Notes: generated by a model from the sequence alone, not told the origin. DNA of 64,000 bases from Patescibacteria group bacterium (GCA_041660945.1 JBAZVK010000002.1:284882-348881), one strand, 5' to 3'. Numbered from the stretch's first letter, positions 49,141 through 59,910 are shown. Translations and numbers: made by a program.

Positions 49141-50355
49141 ATGCTTTACTTTTCAGAAATTGCTGGAAAAAAAGTTTTTACTGAAGATGATATCTATATT
49201 GGGCGCCTGGACGATCTGATATTTTTAGTTGCGGAAAATCCGATTGTAACGAAAATTGTTATTAAAGACAGAGCGAAACAAAAGCTTATTATTTCTACCG
49301 ACTATCTGCAGAAAATAAATAAAATTGTTCGAGTAGAAAAAGAATTTTTAGCGGCAAGCTTAGAAGAAAATGAGCTTTTTTTGGTGAAGAATTTACTTGA
49401 TAAGCAAATTATTGATTTAAAAGGTAATAAAGTAGTTCGGGTCAATGACGTGGCGCTACAGGATAAAGGTAAGTTATCAATAGCAGGTGTAGATGTGGGT
49501 TTTTTAGGGATATTCAGACGGCTTCGAATAGGGGCGGATAATTTTTTTAAACTTGCCTCTTTTTTTAATATTAAGCCAGCTTCTCAGTTTTTATCATGGG
49601 CAGATATTCAACCATTAGAGTTGATCAGAGGCAACGTTAAACTGCGAAAAAAAGAAGAAAAATTGGAAAAAATCAGACCGGAAGATTTGGCTGATTACCT
49701 GGAAAAAACTAACGTAATAAATGCAAGAAAATTTTTAAAAATTTTAGACACAGAAAAAGCAGCCGAGGTAATAGGCAATTTAAATATTAATTATCAAACG
49801 GCTCTTTTTAAACATTTTCAAACAGTCAAGGCTGCTAAACTAGTTTCATTTTTAGATCCGGATGAGGCTGTAGATGTTCTTTTGACTTTGTCAAAAAAAA
49901 AGCGGGATGAGGTGATAGAAATATTAAGTCCTCAAATAAAAGCAAAGATTATCCATCTATTAAATTTATCAAAAGAACCTATAGGAGCTTTACTTACAAC
50001 CGAATATTTGACGGTTGGTCCGGAAGATACGGTTCGTCAGGTACTTGATAAAGTTAAAAAAGAAGCCTTAGAATACTCTTCTTTATATAGTATTTATATT
50101 CTTAATAAAGAAAAAGAGCTAACCGGGGTTGTAAGTTTACATGACGTCCTAAGACAGGATTCAGATACTCCTTTATATAAATTTATGACTCAAAATTTAA
50201 TTGTTATTCACTTAACGACACCAATTGAAATCGCCATGAAAAAATTTTTAAAATACCACCTTTCTGCGCTTCCTGTAATTAATCAGGAAAAACGTTTGGA
50301 AGGAATAGTTAATTTTGACAATATTACAAGTTATATCCTTGAAAGAATAAAATAA
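49141..50355 (+). CDS. Soluble PRC-barrel / MgtE-N / CBS-pair protein (no MgtE membrane domain)
   Basis: It has a PRC-like N-terminus (EIAGKKVFTEDDIYIGRLDDLIF), an MgtE_N-like helical block (RPEDLADYLE…DPDEAVDVLLTL), and two CBS motifs. The ORF track start at 49012 lies inside tRNA-Ile. Confidence 0.65.
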   Translation: MLYFSEIAGKKVFTEDDIYIGRLDDLIFLVAENPIVTKIVIKDRAKQKLIISTDYLQKINKIVRVEKEFLAASLEENELFLVKNLLDKQIIDLKGNKVVRVNDVALQDKGKLSIAGVDVGFLGIFRRLRIGADNFFKLASFFNIKPASQFLSWADIQPLELIRGNVKLRKKEEKLEKIRPEDLADYLEKTNVINARKFLKILDTEKAAEVIGNLNINYQTALFKHFQTVKAAKLVSFLDPDEAVDVLLTLSKKKRDEVIEILSPQIKAKIIHLLNLSKEPIGALLTTEYLTVGPEDTVRQVLDKVKKEALEYSSLYSIYILNKEKELTGVVSLHDVLRQDSDTPLYKFMTQNLIVIHLTTPIEIAMKKFLKYHLSALPVINQEKRLEGIVNFDNITSYILERIK

Positions 50356-50365
50356 TTATAAACAT

Positions 50366-51193
50366 ATGAAAAAATTGATCGTTTTAGCAGATTGGGCCAG
50401 TGATTCATTTACTTGTCAGGAAATTAAAATTAGTGTTGAAGGGTTTGTAAAGGACAGTAAATATTCTAATATAAGTTTTGTTTCTTCTACTCCATCGACA
50501 ATCCATACAAGTTTTCTGATAAATCAGATAGTCGAAGATGTTGAGAGATATGGACAGCCGTTGGAAACGGTTATTTTCCAAAATACCGATCCCCGCCTCC
50601 ACTCAACCCAAAGTATTGAGAAAGCGGCCGGAGCTGCTCCGGTGATCATGAAATTAAAATCAGGGATCCATCTGTTAGGTCCGAATGCCGGCTACAATTT
50701 CTCTATGGTTAAACCAAGAATCGACGAATTATTTACTTATACGGGTGTCAATGAAAAAGGACAGTTTCATTCACGTGATTTATATTCAAAATTATCTGCC
50801 TATCTTATGGATTATCTGGAAGATGATCTGGAGCTTGAAGAGATTGGCGTCGATAATATACCCGATCTTAAGGGTAAATATATCGGACATATCGATAATT
50901 ATGGAAATATCAAAACGACCATTACCACTGAAGATTTCAAGGGAAAATATGAATATGGGAATATTGTCGATCTTAGAATTAATCAAATTGTAAAAAAAGC
51001 CAAATTTGTTCCGAATTTGTTTGGAGGCGTGCCGGGTGAATTGGTTATCTATCCCGGTTCGTCGGGAAAAAAAGACAACCGGTTTCTTGAAATAAGTATC
51101 TGGAGACATTTTACTGAAGACAAGCCGACCACCGGAATTGTTGAATTCAACTACCCGAAGATCGGGAGTGTGATTGAAGTAATAAAAAGCTGA
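50366..51193 (+). CDS. SAM hydroxide adenosyltransferase family (DUF62, chlorinase/fluorinase-like) protein
   Basis: LIVLADWASDSF (compare the family's TDFG..D.Y), GHIDNYGNIKTTI (compare IDxFGNxxTNI), and C-terminal LEISI…IGSVIEV. Confidence 0.6.
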   Translation: MKKLIVLADWASDSFTCQEIKISVEGFVKDSKYSNISFVSSTPSTIHTSFLINQIVEDVERYGQPLETVIFQNTDPRLHSTQSIEKAAGAAPVIMKLKSGIHLLGPNAGYNFSMVKPRIDELFTYTGVNEKGQFHSRDLYSKLSAYLMDYLEDDLELEEIGVDNIPDLKGKYIGHIDNYGNIKTTITTEDFKGKYEYGNIVDLRINQIVKKAKFVPNLFGGVPGELVIYPGSSGKKDNRFLEISIWRHFTEDKPTTGIVEFNYPKIGSVIEVIKS

Positions 51194-51274
51194 CATTTTT
51201 TTATAGATTTTATTGCATTTTTAGGCCTTCACATCAATATATTCTTAACTTAACTATTACTTGAAAAGTAAGTA

Positions 51275-51303
51275 TTGACAATAATTTTTTTCTCTAGTAC
51301 TAT
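51275..51303 (+). promoter_or_regulatory. Putative strong promoter of the small orphan gene
   Basis: TTGACA (51275-51280), 17 nt, TACTAT (51298-51303). Confidence 0.5.
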
Positions 51304-51362
51304 CAACGGTTAAACAGGCAACTTTTATTAAAAAATATTAATAGAAGGGGGTGAGATAATCT

Positions 51363-51626
51363 ATGGAGGCAAAATTAGCTAGGGCAGCAGAGATTATAAT
51401 TCCTGTCATTGCTGGAGTATCGATGTTATGGTTTGGATTTATTCGACCAAGATTAAATAAAAATAGAGGCAGTGGCGGGCCAAGTATGAGTACTGGGCCA
51501 GGCCAAACAACTCCGACCGAACAATTACACTCTGGACATTATAATCATCCCCTTGGAGTAGGAACAGCGAGTGCCGAATGGGGCAAGGGTGTATTTATAG
51601 AGGAGAACGGGCATAAACAAGGTTAA
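51363..51626 (+). CDS. Hypothetical small single-TM protein with a G/P/S/T-rich tail
   Basis: 87-aa ORF with a strong SD (GAAGGGGGTGA) 6-8 nt upstream. It has its own promoter and terminator, and its GC content is locally elevated. Confidence 0.45.
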   Translation: MEAKLARAAEIIIPVIAGVSMLWFGFIRPRLNKNRGSGGPSMSTGPGQTTPTEQLHSGHYNHPLGVGTASAEWGKGVFIEENGHKQG

Positions 51627-51644
51627 TCAAAAATAAGGTGTTTT

Positions 51645-51680
51645 AAAAGGAGCGGAAAGTTACACCCGCTCCTTTTTTTA
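51645..51680. terminator. Bidirectional rho-independent terminator
   Basis: AAAA-GGAGCGG-(10 nt)-CCGCTCC-TTTTTTT, located between the small gene (+) and atpC (-). Confidence 0.7.
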
Positions 51681-52094
51681 AACAGGTCTGGCTTTTCGTC
51701 TTTTCATCAACTTGGAGTCGATGACAGAGCGGCGGATAATAGTCATTGCTTCAGCCCGCTCTCTCTCATCGGTAGATTTAGATAGAATCAGTTTCGCTTG
51801 CTCAACCGCTTTATCAGTAAGATTTTTATCAATTTCGTTTTGTCCGTAAGCACGGGATACTAAAACAGTAACCGTTTCTCCATTGGTTTCCAAATATCCC
51901 CCGCCGATAGCTAGATCATCCTCACTGCCGTCTTTTTTTATTTTAACGATTCCTTCTACAAGCAAAGAAAATAAATGAGCATGGCGCGGTAAAACTGTTA
52001 TTTCCCCATCAGAAGTCGGGACAGTGACAGAATTAACCTGTTTGTCCATAACGATCTTGCGGGGAGTTATAACCTTCAGTCGAAGTAAACTCAT
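51678..52094 (-). CDS. atpC: F-type ATP synthase subunit epsilon
   Basis: LKVITPRKIV…VTVPTSDGEITVLPRHAHL; it is the last gene of the atp operon. The ATG at 52094 is preferred over the TTG at 52103. Confidence 0.9.
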   Translation of the reverse strand: MSLLRLKVITPRKIVMDKQVNSVTVPTSDGEITVLPRHAHLFSLLVEGIVKIKKDGSEDDLAIGGGYLETNGETVTVLVSRAYGQNEIDKNLTDKAVEQAKLILSKSTDERERAEAMTIIRRSVIDSKLMKRRKARPV

Positions 52095-52173
52095 AAATGA
52101 CAAAATAAATAAATAAAAAAATAATTAAATAAACAAAGAAATAAGCAAATGTATCAATTTGATTATTCCATCA
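52095..52173. repeat. AT-only intergenic element, short form (atpD-atpC spacer)
   Basis: Its reverse complement aligns with both ends of 31114-31240, sharing AATAATCAAAT, TACATTTG and the exact 23-mer TTTATTTAATTATTTTTTTATTT. It ends at a start codon, as the other copy does. Confidence 0.75.
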
Positions 52174-53568
<1,395 letters not shown>

Positions 53569-54432
53569 TTAATTTGACTCAACAGATTCCTTGGCTGTAA
53601 CCATATCTAATAACTCGCTTGTAATTTTTTCTTGCCTGATTTTATTTCGAACTAAAGTTAAGTTGTAAATAACATCCGTAGCATTATCTGTGGCGTTTTT
53701 CATTGCCATCATTCGAAGAGAGTGTTCCCCGGCCTCGCTTTGAATGAGAGCAAAACGCAATTTTTCTTCAACAAAACTGCGAAGTAATGAATCAATGATC
53801 TTTTTGGGATTTGGCTCGATCAAATATTCTGATTCTTTTGTTTTTATTTCTCTTGAGGATTCGGTTTTTTGAGTAAAATTTATCGGTAATAAAGTTGTGA
53901 CAATCGGGTTGGATTGAATAGTTGAAACAAATTGATTGTGGTACAAATCTATTTTTTTATAAGTTCTGTCTAAATATTTTGTCAACGCAAACTCGAAAAG
54001 AGCTGAAACATTGTTCATCGGGACATTGGAAGAATAATCCGCCGTAATGTTAGCTGAAAATTTACTTAATAAATTAGCCTTTTTTCCGACAATAATAAAG
54101 TCGGTATTTTTTAAATCGGTATTTTTTACGATGAAACGGAGCAGATTGAAATTAAAACTTCCGCAAAGTCCTTTATTACTGGCAATAACAATCGCTAAAT
54201 TTTTCCTTTCAACCTTATCTTCCGGAAAACTAATCAACGGGGAAAGAGAAGGGTCTATTTTCGGACTGACAGCCCGGATAATATTTTCAATTTCTTCTTG
54301 ATATGGCCGGCCGTCAACCGCAACCTGTTGAGCCTTTTTCATCTTAATGGCCGATACAAGCTGCATTGCTTTAGTGATTTTTTTAACGTTTGTCACTGAC
54401 TTTATTTTTTTTCGAATCGTTCTTATATTCAT
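53569..54432 (-). CDS. atpG: F-type ATP synthase subunit gamma
   Basis: IKSVTNVKKITKAMQLVSA… and the C-terminal ELLDMV block; operon position. Confidence 0.9.
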   Translation of the reverse strand: MNIRTIRKKIKSVTNVKKITKAMQLVSAIKMKKAQQVAVDGRPYQEEIENIIRAVSPKIDPSLSPLISFPEDKVERKNLAIVIASNKGLCGSFNFNLLRFIVKNTDLKNTDFIIVGKKANLLSKFSANITADYSSNVPMNNVSALFEFALTKYLDRTYKKIDLYHNQFVSTIQSNPIVTTLLPINFTQKTESSREIKTKESEYLIEPNPKKIIDSLLRSFVEEKLRFALIQSEAGEHSLRMMAMKNATDNATDVIYNLTLVRNKIRQEKITSELLDMVTAKESVESN

Positions 54433-54434
54433 AA

Positions 54435-55922
54435 TTATGAAATGTCTTTAATCATCTTCTCCAAATCTTTTCCATCTTTTTCGTCCATTATTTTGTTTTT
54501 ATTAATTTTTTCCAGCCATTTCTTTCCCTTTGATTTCAGCGTTTCTAAAATTCTTGTTTCAAATTTTTCAATTTCATCAATAGGAAGTTTATCAAGATAT
54601 CCGTTACTGGCAGCCCAAAGAATCGACACTTGTTCCGCCAGGCTTAAAGGTTTATTTTTCTTTTGTTTTAAAACCTGAGTTACTTTGGCTCCCCGGTTAA
54701 GAAACTTCTTTGTTTCTTCATCCAACTCAGATTCAAACTGTGAAAATGCCGCCAGATCCCGATATTGAGCAAGGTCAAGTTTTAATTTACCGGCAACCGC
54801 TTTCATAGCTTTTGTTTGGGCAGTGCCTCCGACCCGGGAAACTGACAGCCCGATATTAATAGCCGGTCGGATGCCTGAATTAAATAAATCTGTTTCCAGC
54901 GAAATTTGTCCATCAGTAATCGAGATAACGTTTGTAGGAATATACGCCGACAAATCTCCGTCAAGGGTCTCAATTATCGGTAAAGCCGTAATGGATCCGC
55001 CCCCGTATTTTTCATCAATCCGGCAAGCCCGCTCTAATAGTCTTGAATGCAAATAAAAAACGTCACCGGGATAGGCTTCCCGCCCGGCCGGCCTTCTTAG
55101 AATAAGGGACATTTGACGATATGCCCAAGCATGTTTGGTCAGATCATCATAGACAATCAAAACATCCTGTCCTTTATCCATAAAATATTCTCCAATTGCA
55201 GAAGCTGTGTATGGAGCCAGATATTGCATTGCGACAGAATCAGAGGCTCCGGCGTTAACAACAATAGAATATTTATCAGCCCCGTGTTTTTTTAACAGTT
55301 CAATGATTGCGGCGACTTTAGAATTTTTTTGTCCGACAGCACAATAAATACAGACAACATCCTGTCCCTTTTGATTTAATATCGTATCGATAGCAATAGT
55401 TGTTTTTCCGGTTCCTCGATCCCCGATTATCAACTCTCTCTGTCCCCGGCCAATTGGAATTAGTGCATCGATTGATTTAATTCCGGTTTGAAGCGGAACG
55501 TTAACTTGATGTCTTTTTACGACTCCTGCCGCAATCTTCTCAACAGGGTAAAGTGTCTTAGATTTTATTGGAGCTTTTCCGTCAAGAGGTAGTCCTAGTG
55601 AATCAACAACTCTTCCAAGTAAAGCTTCTGATACAGGAACAGAAAGCGTATAACCCAAGGCTTTCGCTTTGTCACCTGCGGCGATACTTGTATAATCGCC
55701 TAAAATAATTGCCCCAACTTCATCTTCAGTCAGATCAATTACATAACCTAATACATTTTTCTTGAATTCAATCAATTCTCCGTATGCAACATGGTCCAGT
55801 CCCTCTAAAATTACAACACCATCCTTCACTTGTGAGACTATTCCGGTTTCTTCGGTCGAAATTTTTGGTTTATTTTTTAACTCTTTTTCAAGAGTTTTTA
55901 TGTATTCGTCAATCAATTTCAT
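54435..55922 (-). CDS. atpA: F-type ATP synthase subunit alpha
   Basis: [42 protein letters not shown]. Confidence 0.97.
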   Translation of the reverse strand: MKLIDEYIKTLEKELKNKPKISTEETGIVSQVKDGVVILEGLDHVAYGELIEFKKNVLGYVIDLTEDEVGAIILGDYTSIAAGDKAKALGYTLSVPVSEALLGRVVDSLGLPLDGKAPIKSKTLYPVEKIAAGVVKRHQVNVPLQTGIKSIDALIPIGRGQRELIIGDRGTGKTTIAIDTILNQKGQDVVCIYCAVGQKNSKVAAIIELLKKHGADKYSIVVNAGASDSVAMQYLAPYTASAIGEYFMDKGQDVLIVYDDLTKHAWAYRQMSLILRRPAGREAYPGDVFYLHSRLLERACRIDEKYGGGSITALPIIETLDGDLSAYIPTNVISITDGQISLETDLFNSGIRPAINIGLSVSRVGGTAQTKAMKAVAGKLKLDLAQYRDLAAFSQFESELDEETKKFLNRGAKVTQVLKQKKNKPLSLAEQVSILWAASNGYLDKLPIDEIEKFETRILETLKSKGKKWLEKINKNKIMDEKDGKDLEKMIKDIS

Positions 55923-56193
55923 ATAATGTATTAGATAATTTAGATAACGATCCCATTAGGGACAAGTCGATTGTTTTTGATCCGACTTTGATAATGACTC
56001 CGGCAATTATTGATTTGTCTACTTGGTAATCTGCTTCAGCCCAGTTCAGTTCTGAAAATTTTTTCCCCAAAACTTTCTTTTCATCAACACCGAGGACATC
56101 GGCGCTAAACACCTGTACTCGATTTTGTTCTTTTTGGATATTATCCAATAAGAAACTCTTCAAATCCTTTTTTAGTTTTGGATTAATTTTCAT
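55909..56193 (-). CDS. atpH: F-type ATP synthase subunit delta, short form (C-terminal domain only)
   Basis: It has the OSCP-type C-terminal block [26 protein letters not shown]. The only ATG (56193) gives about 94 aa. The TTG at 56262 would overlap atpF by 80 nt. Confidence 0.7.
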   Translation of the reverse strand: MKINPKLKKDLKSFLLDNIQKEQNRVQVFSADVLGVDEKKVLGKKFSELNWAEADYQVDKSIIAGVIIKVGSKTIDLSLMGSLSKLSNTLYEID

Positions 56194-56692
56194 AGACTTT
56201 AAGATTGCCCCGATAGTTTTTAATGATCGATCCGGTAACTTTTTTGCGTGACGACTCGTCAAGGGATTCTTTTAAAGCGCTTTCAACTATCATTAAACTT
56301 GTTTTAATAATTTTATCTTTGACTTCCCGGTATAATAAATTCTTTTCTTCCTCAAGAAGTTTTTTATTTTTATCCTTAATTTCAAGAGCATCTGCTTCTG
56401 CTTGTTTGATCAGATCTTCCCTCATGTTTTGAGCTTCTTTTTTAGCCTCAACAAATAAAACGTCAAACTCTTTTTTCATTTTTTCTTTCATCTTCTTTTC
56501 AGCTTCAAGATTGGCTTCTTCACTCCTTTTGAGCTTCTCCATCATCTTGTTCTTCTCTTCTTCATTTTTTCGCTCATGGTTCAAAAAAGATGTAAAAGGT
56601 TTGACCATAAATTGTTTTGCTAAAATAAAAAACAAAACAAAATTAATCATTTGAGCCAATAATAATTTTCCATCTATTCCTAAATTTTCCAT
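56183..56692 (-). CDS. atpF: F-type ATP synthase subunit b
   Basis: It has a single N-terminal TM segment followed by a long charged helix; operon position. Confidence 0.85.
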   Translation of the reverse strand: MENLGIDGKLLLAQMINFVLFFILAKQFMVKPFTSFLNHERKNEEEKNKMMEKLKRSEEANLEAEKKMKEKMKKEFDVLFVEAKKEAQNMREDLIKQAEADALEIKDKNKKLLEEEKNLLYREVKDKIIKTSLMIVESALKESLDESSRKKVTGSIIKNYRGNLKVYEN

Positions 56693-56701
56693 AATCTTTT
56701 T

Positions 56702-56932
<231 letters not shown>

Positions 56933-56960
56933 TTAGATCACCCCTTTCCTAAATAAACTT

Positions 56961-57698
56961 TTAATGATGTTCTGCTATTGCTCCGCTTAAAAATACCGCT
57001 GTTAGCATTGAAAAAACCAAAGCCTGAACAAAACCGACAAATATTTCCAAGGCAATGAAAGGAAAAGAGGCAAGAACCGGGACCAAAAAGGCAACGATTG
57101 TCAGTAGTACTTCTCCGGCAAAGATATTACCGAATAAACGGAAAGCAAATGAAAGAACTTTAGAAAACTCCGAAAGAATATCCAAGATTCCGACAAAAAA
57201 CGAGATCGGGTCGGAAAAGTTAAAAAACTTATGAAGGTATTTTTTAATTCCTAAATATTTAATCGCAAAAAACTGAATCGAAAAAACGGAAATAATTGCC
57301 AGTGCTAATGTAGTATTTAAATCTGCATTATTCCCCCGAAGCAGTGGAACAAACACCTCTTCATGTCCTTCAACCACTTTGATTAAAACGCTTCCAACTC
57401 CCGGCAGCAAGCCGAACCAGTTTTCAAGAAGGATATAAAAGAAAAAAGAAAACAGCAAAGGAAAAAAAACGTCTGTTTTTGCTCCAAGGACGGAATAAAA
57501 TAGATCATAGATGCTTTTGATAAAAAACTTTATCAAATAATAAAAATTTCCTTTTCTTTTTTGAGCGGACTGTTGCTTGAAATAGAGAGCGACGAAGACG
57601 GTAAGAAGAAAAACAATTGCCGATGCTATCATTGAGTTAGTAATAGCTAATCCAAATAGATGAGTGATTATTTCGGCCTTAATGCTGATTTTTGGCAT
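56961..57698 (-). CDS. atpB: F-type ATP synthase subunit a
   Basis: The conserved Arg block is LSFAFRLFGNIFAGE. Confidence 0.93.
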   Translation of the reverse strand: MPKISIKAEIITHLFGLAITNSMIASAIVFLLTVFVALYFKQQSAQKRKGNFYYLIKFFIKSIYDLFYSVLGAKTDVFFPLLFSFFFYILLENWFGLLPGVGSVLIKVVEGHEEVFVPLLRGNNADLNTTLALAIISVFSIQFFAIKYLGIKKYLHKFFNFSDPISFFVGILDILSEFSKVLSFAFRLFGNIFAGEVLLTIVAFLVPVLASFPFIALEIFVGFVQALVFSMLTAVFLSGAIAEHH

Positions 57699-57699
57699 C

Positions 57700-57969
57700 T
57701 TATTTAATGATCTTAAACAAATTGTAAAGGCTGCTCACCATCCCAAAAAAAATAAAAAAAACCGTAAAATATGGCTTAGTGTGAAATTTATTATCTAACG
57801 CTAAACCAATTATTACGCCTATTAATATTGGAGTGACCAAACTGTAACCAACATTAATATTGATATATTCTGAAAAAAAATCTTTCTTGATCTTCGGTTT
57901 CTTGCTAAAGTTTTGATCAGTCTTTCTTAAATTTCCCCGTTTATCTATTTCAAAATAGTTCCTTATCAT
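57700..57969 (-). CDS. AtpZ/AtpI-like small membrane protein of the atp operon
   Basis: 89 aa with two TM segments, positioned first in the operon. Confidence 0.6.
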   Translation of the reverse strand: MIRNYFEIDKRGNLRKTDQNFSKKPKIKKDFFSEYININVGYSLVTPILIGVIIGLALDNKFHTKPYFTVFFIFFGMVSSLYNLFKIIK

Positions 57970-58010
57970 TTTAACAGTCCAATATTAATTCGTCAATGGT
58001 TAATTTTCGT

Positions 58011-58355
58011 TTATGAAGATTTTCTGACATATTCTAGTTGGGAAATTCTTGATTCATGATTATTTAAAACTGATTGCGAATTACGATTAATATCACGCAT
58101 TTCGTTTCGAAAATCATTTAGCTCTTTCATTATGTCACTTTTAGTTTCGCTTATAAAATCTAATACTTCTCGTATAGAAACATCAATTTTTTTATTTAAT
58201 ATGCCATTTTCTTGCTTCAATTCCTCTTTAGTTGAGAATTTTGTGTCAAACCTATTCGATAATGATTTAATATCATCTTTTGTGACAAAAGCTTTCATAT
58301 CATCTTTTGTAACAAAAACAGCCTTCATTTTTTTGATATCGGCATCTGTGATCAT
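58011..58355 (-). CDS. Hypothetical coiled-coil protein
   Basis: 114-aa charged helical protein. Its N-terminus has a tandem duplication KAVFVTKDDMKAFVTKDDIK. Confidence 0.45.
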   Translation of the reverse strand: MITDADIKKMKAVFVTKDDMKAFVTKDDIKSLSNRFDTKFSTKEELKQENGILNKKIDVSIREVLDFISETKSDIMKELNDFRNEMRDINRNSQSVLNNHESRISQLEYVRKSS

Positions 58356-58453
58356 AGCTTTTTAATTTAACCAAATAATTAATAATTATTCAATCATAAA
58401 ATACTATAAAGCCCTGTCAACCGCTTATAAGCGACAAAAATGGGAGATTAGAA

Positions 58454-58462
58454 TGATATAAT
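58454..58462 (+). promoter_or_regulatory. Extended -10 element (TGATATAAT) upstream of the metalloprotease gene
   Basis: TGnTATAAT lies 19 nt before the ATG at 58481. The perfect palindrome CGCTTATAAGCG (58423-58434) sits at the -35 position. Confidence 0.4.
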
Positions 58463-58480
58463 GCTAAGTAAAGATATGAT

Positions 58481-59161
58481 ATGACATTTTCAATATTTGT
58501 ATTTATTGTTTTCTTTTTATTCGCCTCAAACTATTTTCAAGTAGTTACTTTTGCCTCCCTAATTGTTGGTCCTAAAATAAAAACTAGCAAAATTGTTGAT
58601 AAATGGATACTTAATACTATTAAAAATAAAACCGGCTTGGTTTTAAAAGATTTAACAATTTACCATGACCAAAAACCTTACGGAATGATGGCAGGCATTC
58701 CCCCTTTTCCGGAACTGATTATTTCCGAAAAGCTTTATAAAATTTTTAACAAAGACGAAATGGAATGGGTGATCTTGCATGAGGCTGGACATTGTGTCCT
58801 CTGGCATAATCCGAAAGCAATTGTTATTGAATTTTTATTAATGTTCGGAGGAATTTATTTTATAAAAGCCATCGAACTTAATATATTTTTAGCAATTTTA
58901 TTATCTTTTGTATTAAGCGTAATGTCGGTTCAAATAATAAGAAGAGTCATTGAATATGAAGCTGATAAATTTTCTATTAGCAGAGTTGCCAACCCTCAAG
59001 GCGTCATTACCGCCCAAAATAAATTTAGGAAATATTATGGAAATAGTGTTTTTGGTTCAGAAAAAAGTATCATAAGGAAACTTTTTCATTGGAACATCTC
59101 ACCTGATTTACGAATCAAAATGGCCCAACAAAGACAGTCTTATTTAAGACTGTCTTTATAA
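58481..59161 (+). CDS. Membrane zinc metalloprotease (HExxH; M48/M56-like)
   Basis: It has TM helices and VILHEAGHCVLWH with a downstream E (EYEADKFS). Its last 10 codons and stop lie inside REP-like copy 1. Confidence 0.6.
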   Translation: MTFSIFVFIVFFLFASNYFQVVTFASLIVGPKIKTSKIVDKWILNTIKNKTGLVLKDLTIYHDQKPYGMMAGIPPFPELIISEKLYKIFNKDEMEWVILHEAGHCVLWHNPKAIVIEFLLMFGGIYFIKAIELNIFLAILLSFVLSVMSVQIIRRVIEYEADKFSISRVANPQGVITAQNKFRKYYGNSVFGSEKSIIRKLFHWNISPDLRIKMAQQRQSYLRLSL

Positions 59162-59170
59162 AGAGTGTCC
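59130..59170 (+). repeat. REP-like hairpin repeat, copy 1 (AAAGACAGTCTTA-TT-TAAGACTGTCTTT + tail ATAAAGAGTGTCC)
   Basis: Read directly. It has a 13-bp perfect stem and is nearly identical to 60508-60549. Confidence 0.85.
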
Positions 59171-59174
59171 GTTT

Positions 59175-59879
59175 TTAGTCTAAGAACAACTTCTTGTAGA
59201 CTTTTATTTCTTCAAAGGTTTCTTCCCTATATCCTTCAACAAAATCTTGATATGAATTAAACGAAAAACCATTATTTTTTTCAAAATCGGAAAGAAAGTA
59301 ACCTTTATTTAGCCAACTTACAGACATATTATTGACATAAGCTGGGTAACTTGACCATGGATATGATGATAAATTTAGTTTATTTGCAATGATTTCTTGT
59401 GGATTAAGATGAATATAGCGACCTAAATGTAAAAGGTATCTTTCATTAGTTATTAAAACTGCGTTATAACGACCTTGGAATAATGGCCCTACCCGATTAT
59501 ACTTTTTATTAAAATACTTAGAATATTTTGTAATTACACTTCGCAAAAATCTTTCCATATCATTTTTGTCTTTTTGTCTTATTTCAATATGAAAATGGTT
59601 AGGCATGAGTACATAGCAAAGAAGTTCAATTTTATTGAAATAATTTTTTAAAGCCATTAGTTTTGAAATTTTCTCGTTTTTCTGGTCTTCGGATAGGTCA
59701 GCTCGCTTTTTTATTTCAATTACCGAATCATCTTTACTCGTAAGATAAAGTTTTAGGTAGGAAAGAAAAACTTTATAATCTTGTTCACCTAAAAAGATAT
59801 TTCTTTTTTCCACACCACGGTTATAGACGTGATAAAAACCATTCTCAATATATGTTTTAAGAGCATTTTTGCTTGGCAT
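59175..59879 (-). CDS. Y1 (HUH) transposase-like protein, IS200/RAYT family (long subtype)
   Basis: NGFYHVYNRG, the HUH motif MPNHFHIEI, GPLFQGRYNA, and the Tyr block LGRYIHLNP. Confidence 0.8.
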   Translation of the reverse strand: MPSKNALKTYIENGFYHVYNRGVEKRNIFLGEQDYKVFLSYLKLYLTSKDDSVIEIKKRADLSEDQKNEKISKLMALKNYFNKIELLCYVLMPNHFHIEIRQKDKNDMERFLRSVITKYSKYFNKKYNRVGPLFQGRYNAVLITNERYLLHLGRYIHLNPQEIIANKLNLSSYPWSSYPAYVNNMSVSWLNKGYFLSDFEKNNGFSFNSYQDFVEGYREETFEEIKVYKKLFLD

Positions 59880-59882
59880 AAT

Positions 59883-59910
59883 AAAGACAGTCTTATTAAA
59901 GACCGTCTTT
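59883..59910 (+). repeat. REP-like hairpin repeat, copy 2 (one stem mismatch, divergent tail)
   Basis: AAAGACAGTCTTATTAAAGACCGTCTTT, read directly. Confidence 0.8.

Larger units (their letters stand above)
59130..59910 (-). mobile_element. IS200/RAYT-like unit: Y1 transposase gene bracketed by subterminal hairpins
   Basis: Hairpin copies lie 4 nt past the stop and 3 nt before the start of the Y1 transposase-like CDS. The unit is about 780 bp. Confidence 0.5.

Noticed and set aside
50405-51196. ORFs 50405..50602 (-), 50685..50993 (+) and 50792..51196 (-)
   Set aside because: They are nested in or antisense to the DUF62 CDS, which has recognisable family motifs.
56194-56262. TTG-initiated extension of atpH
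   Set aside because: It would overlap atpF by 80 nt and adds no OSCP-like sequence.
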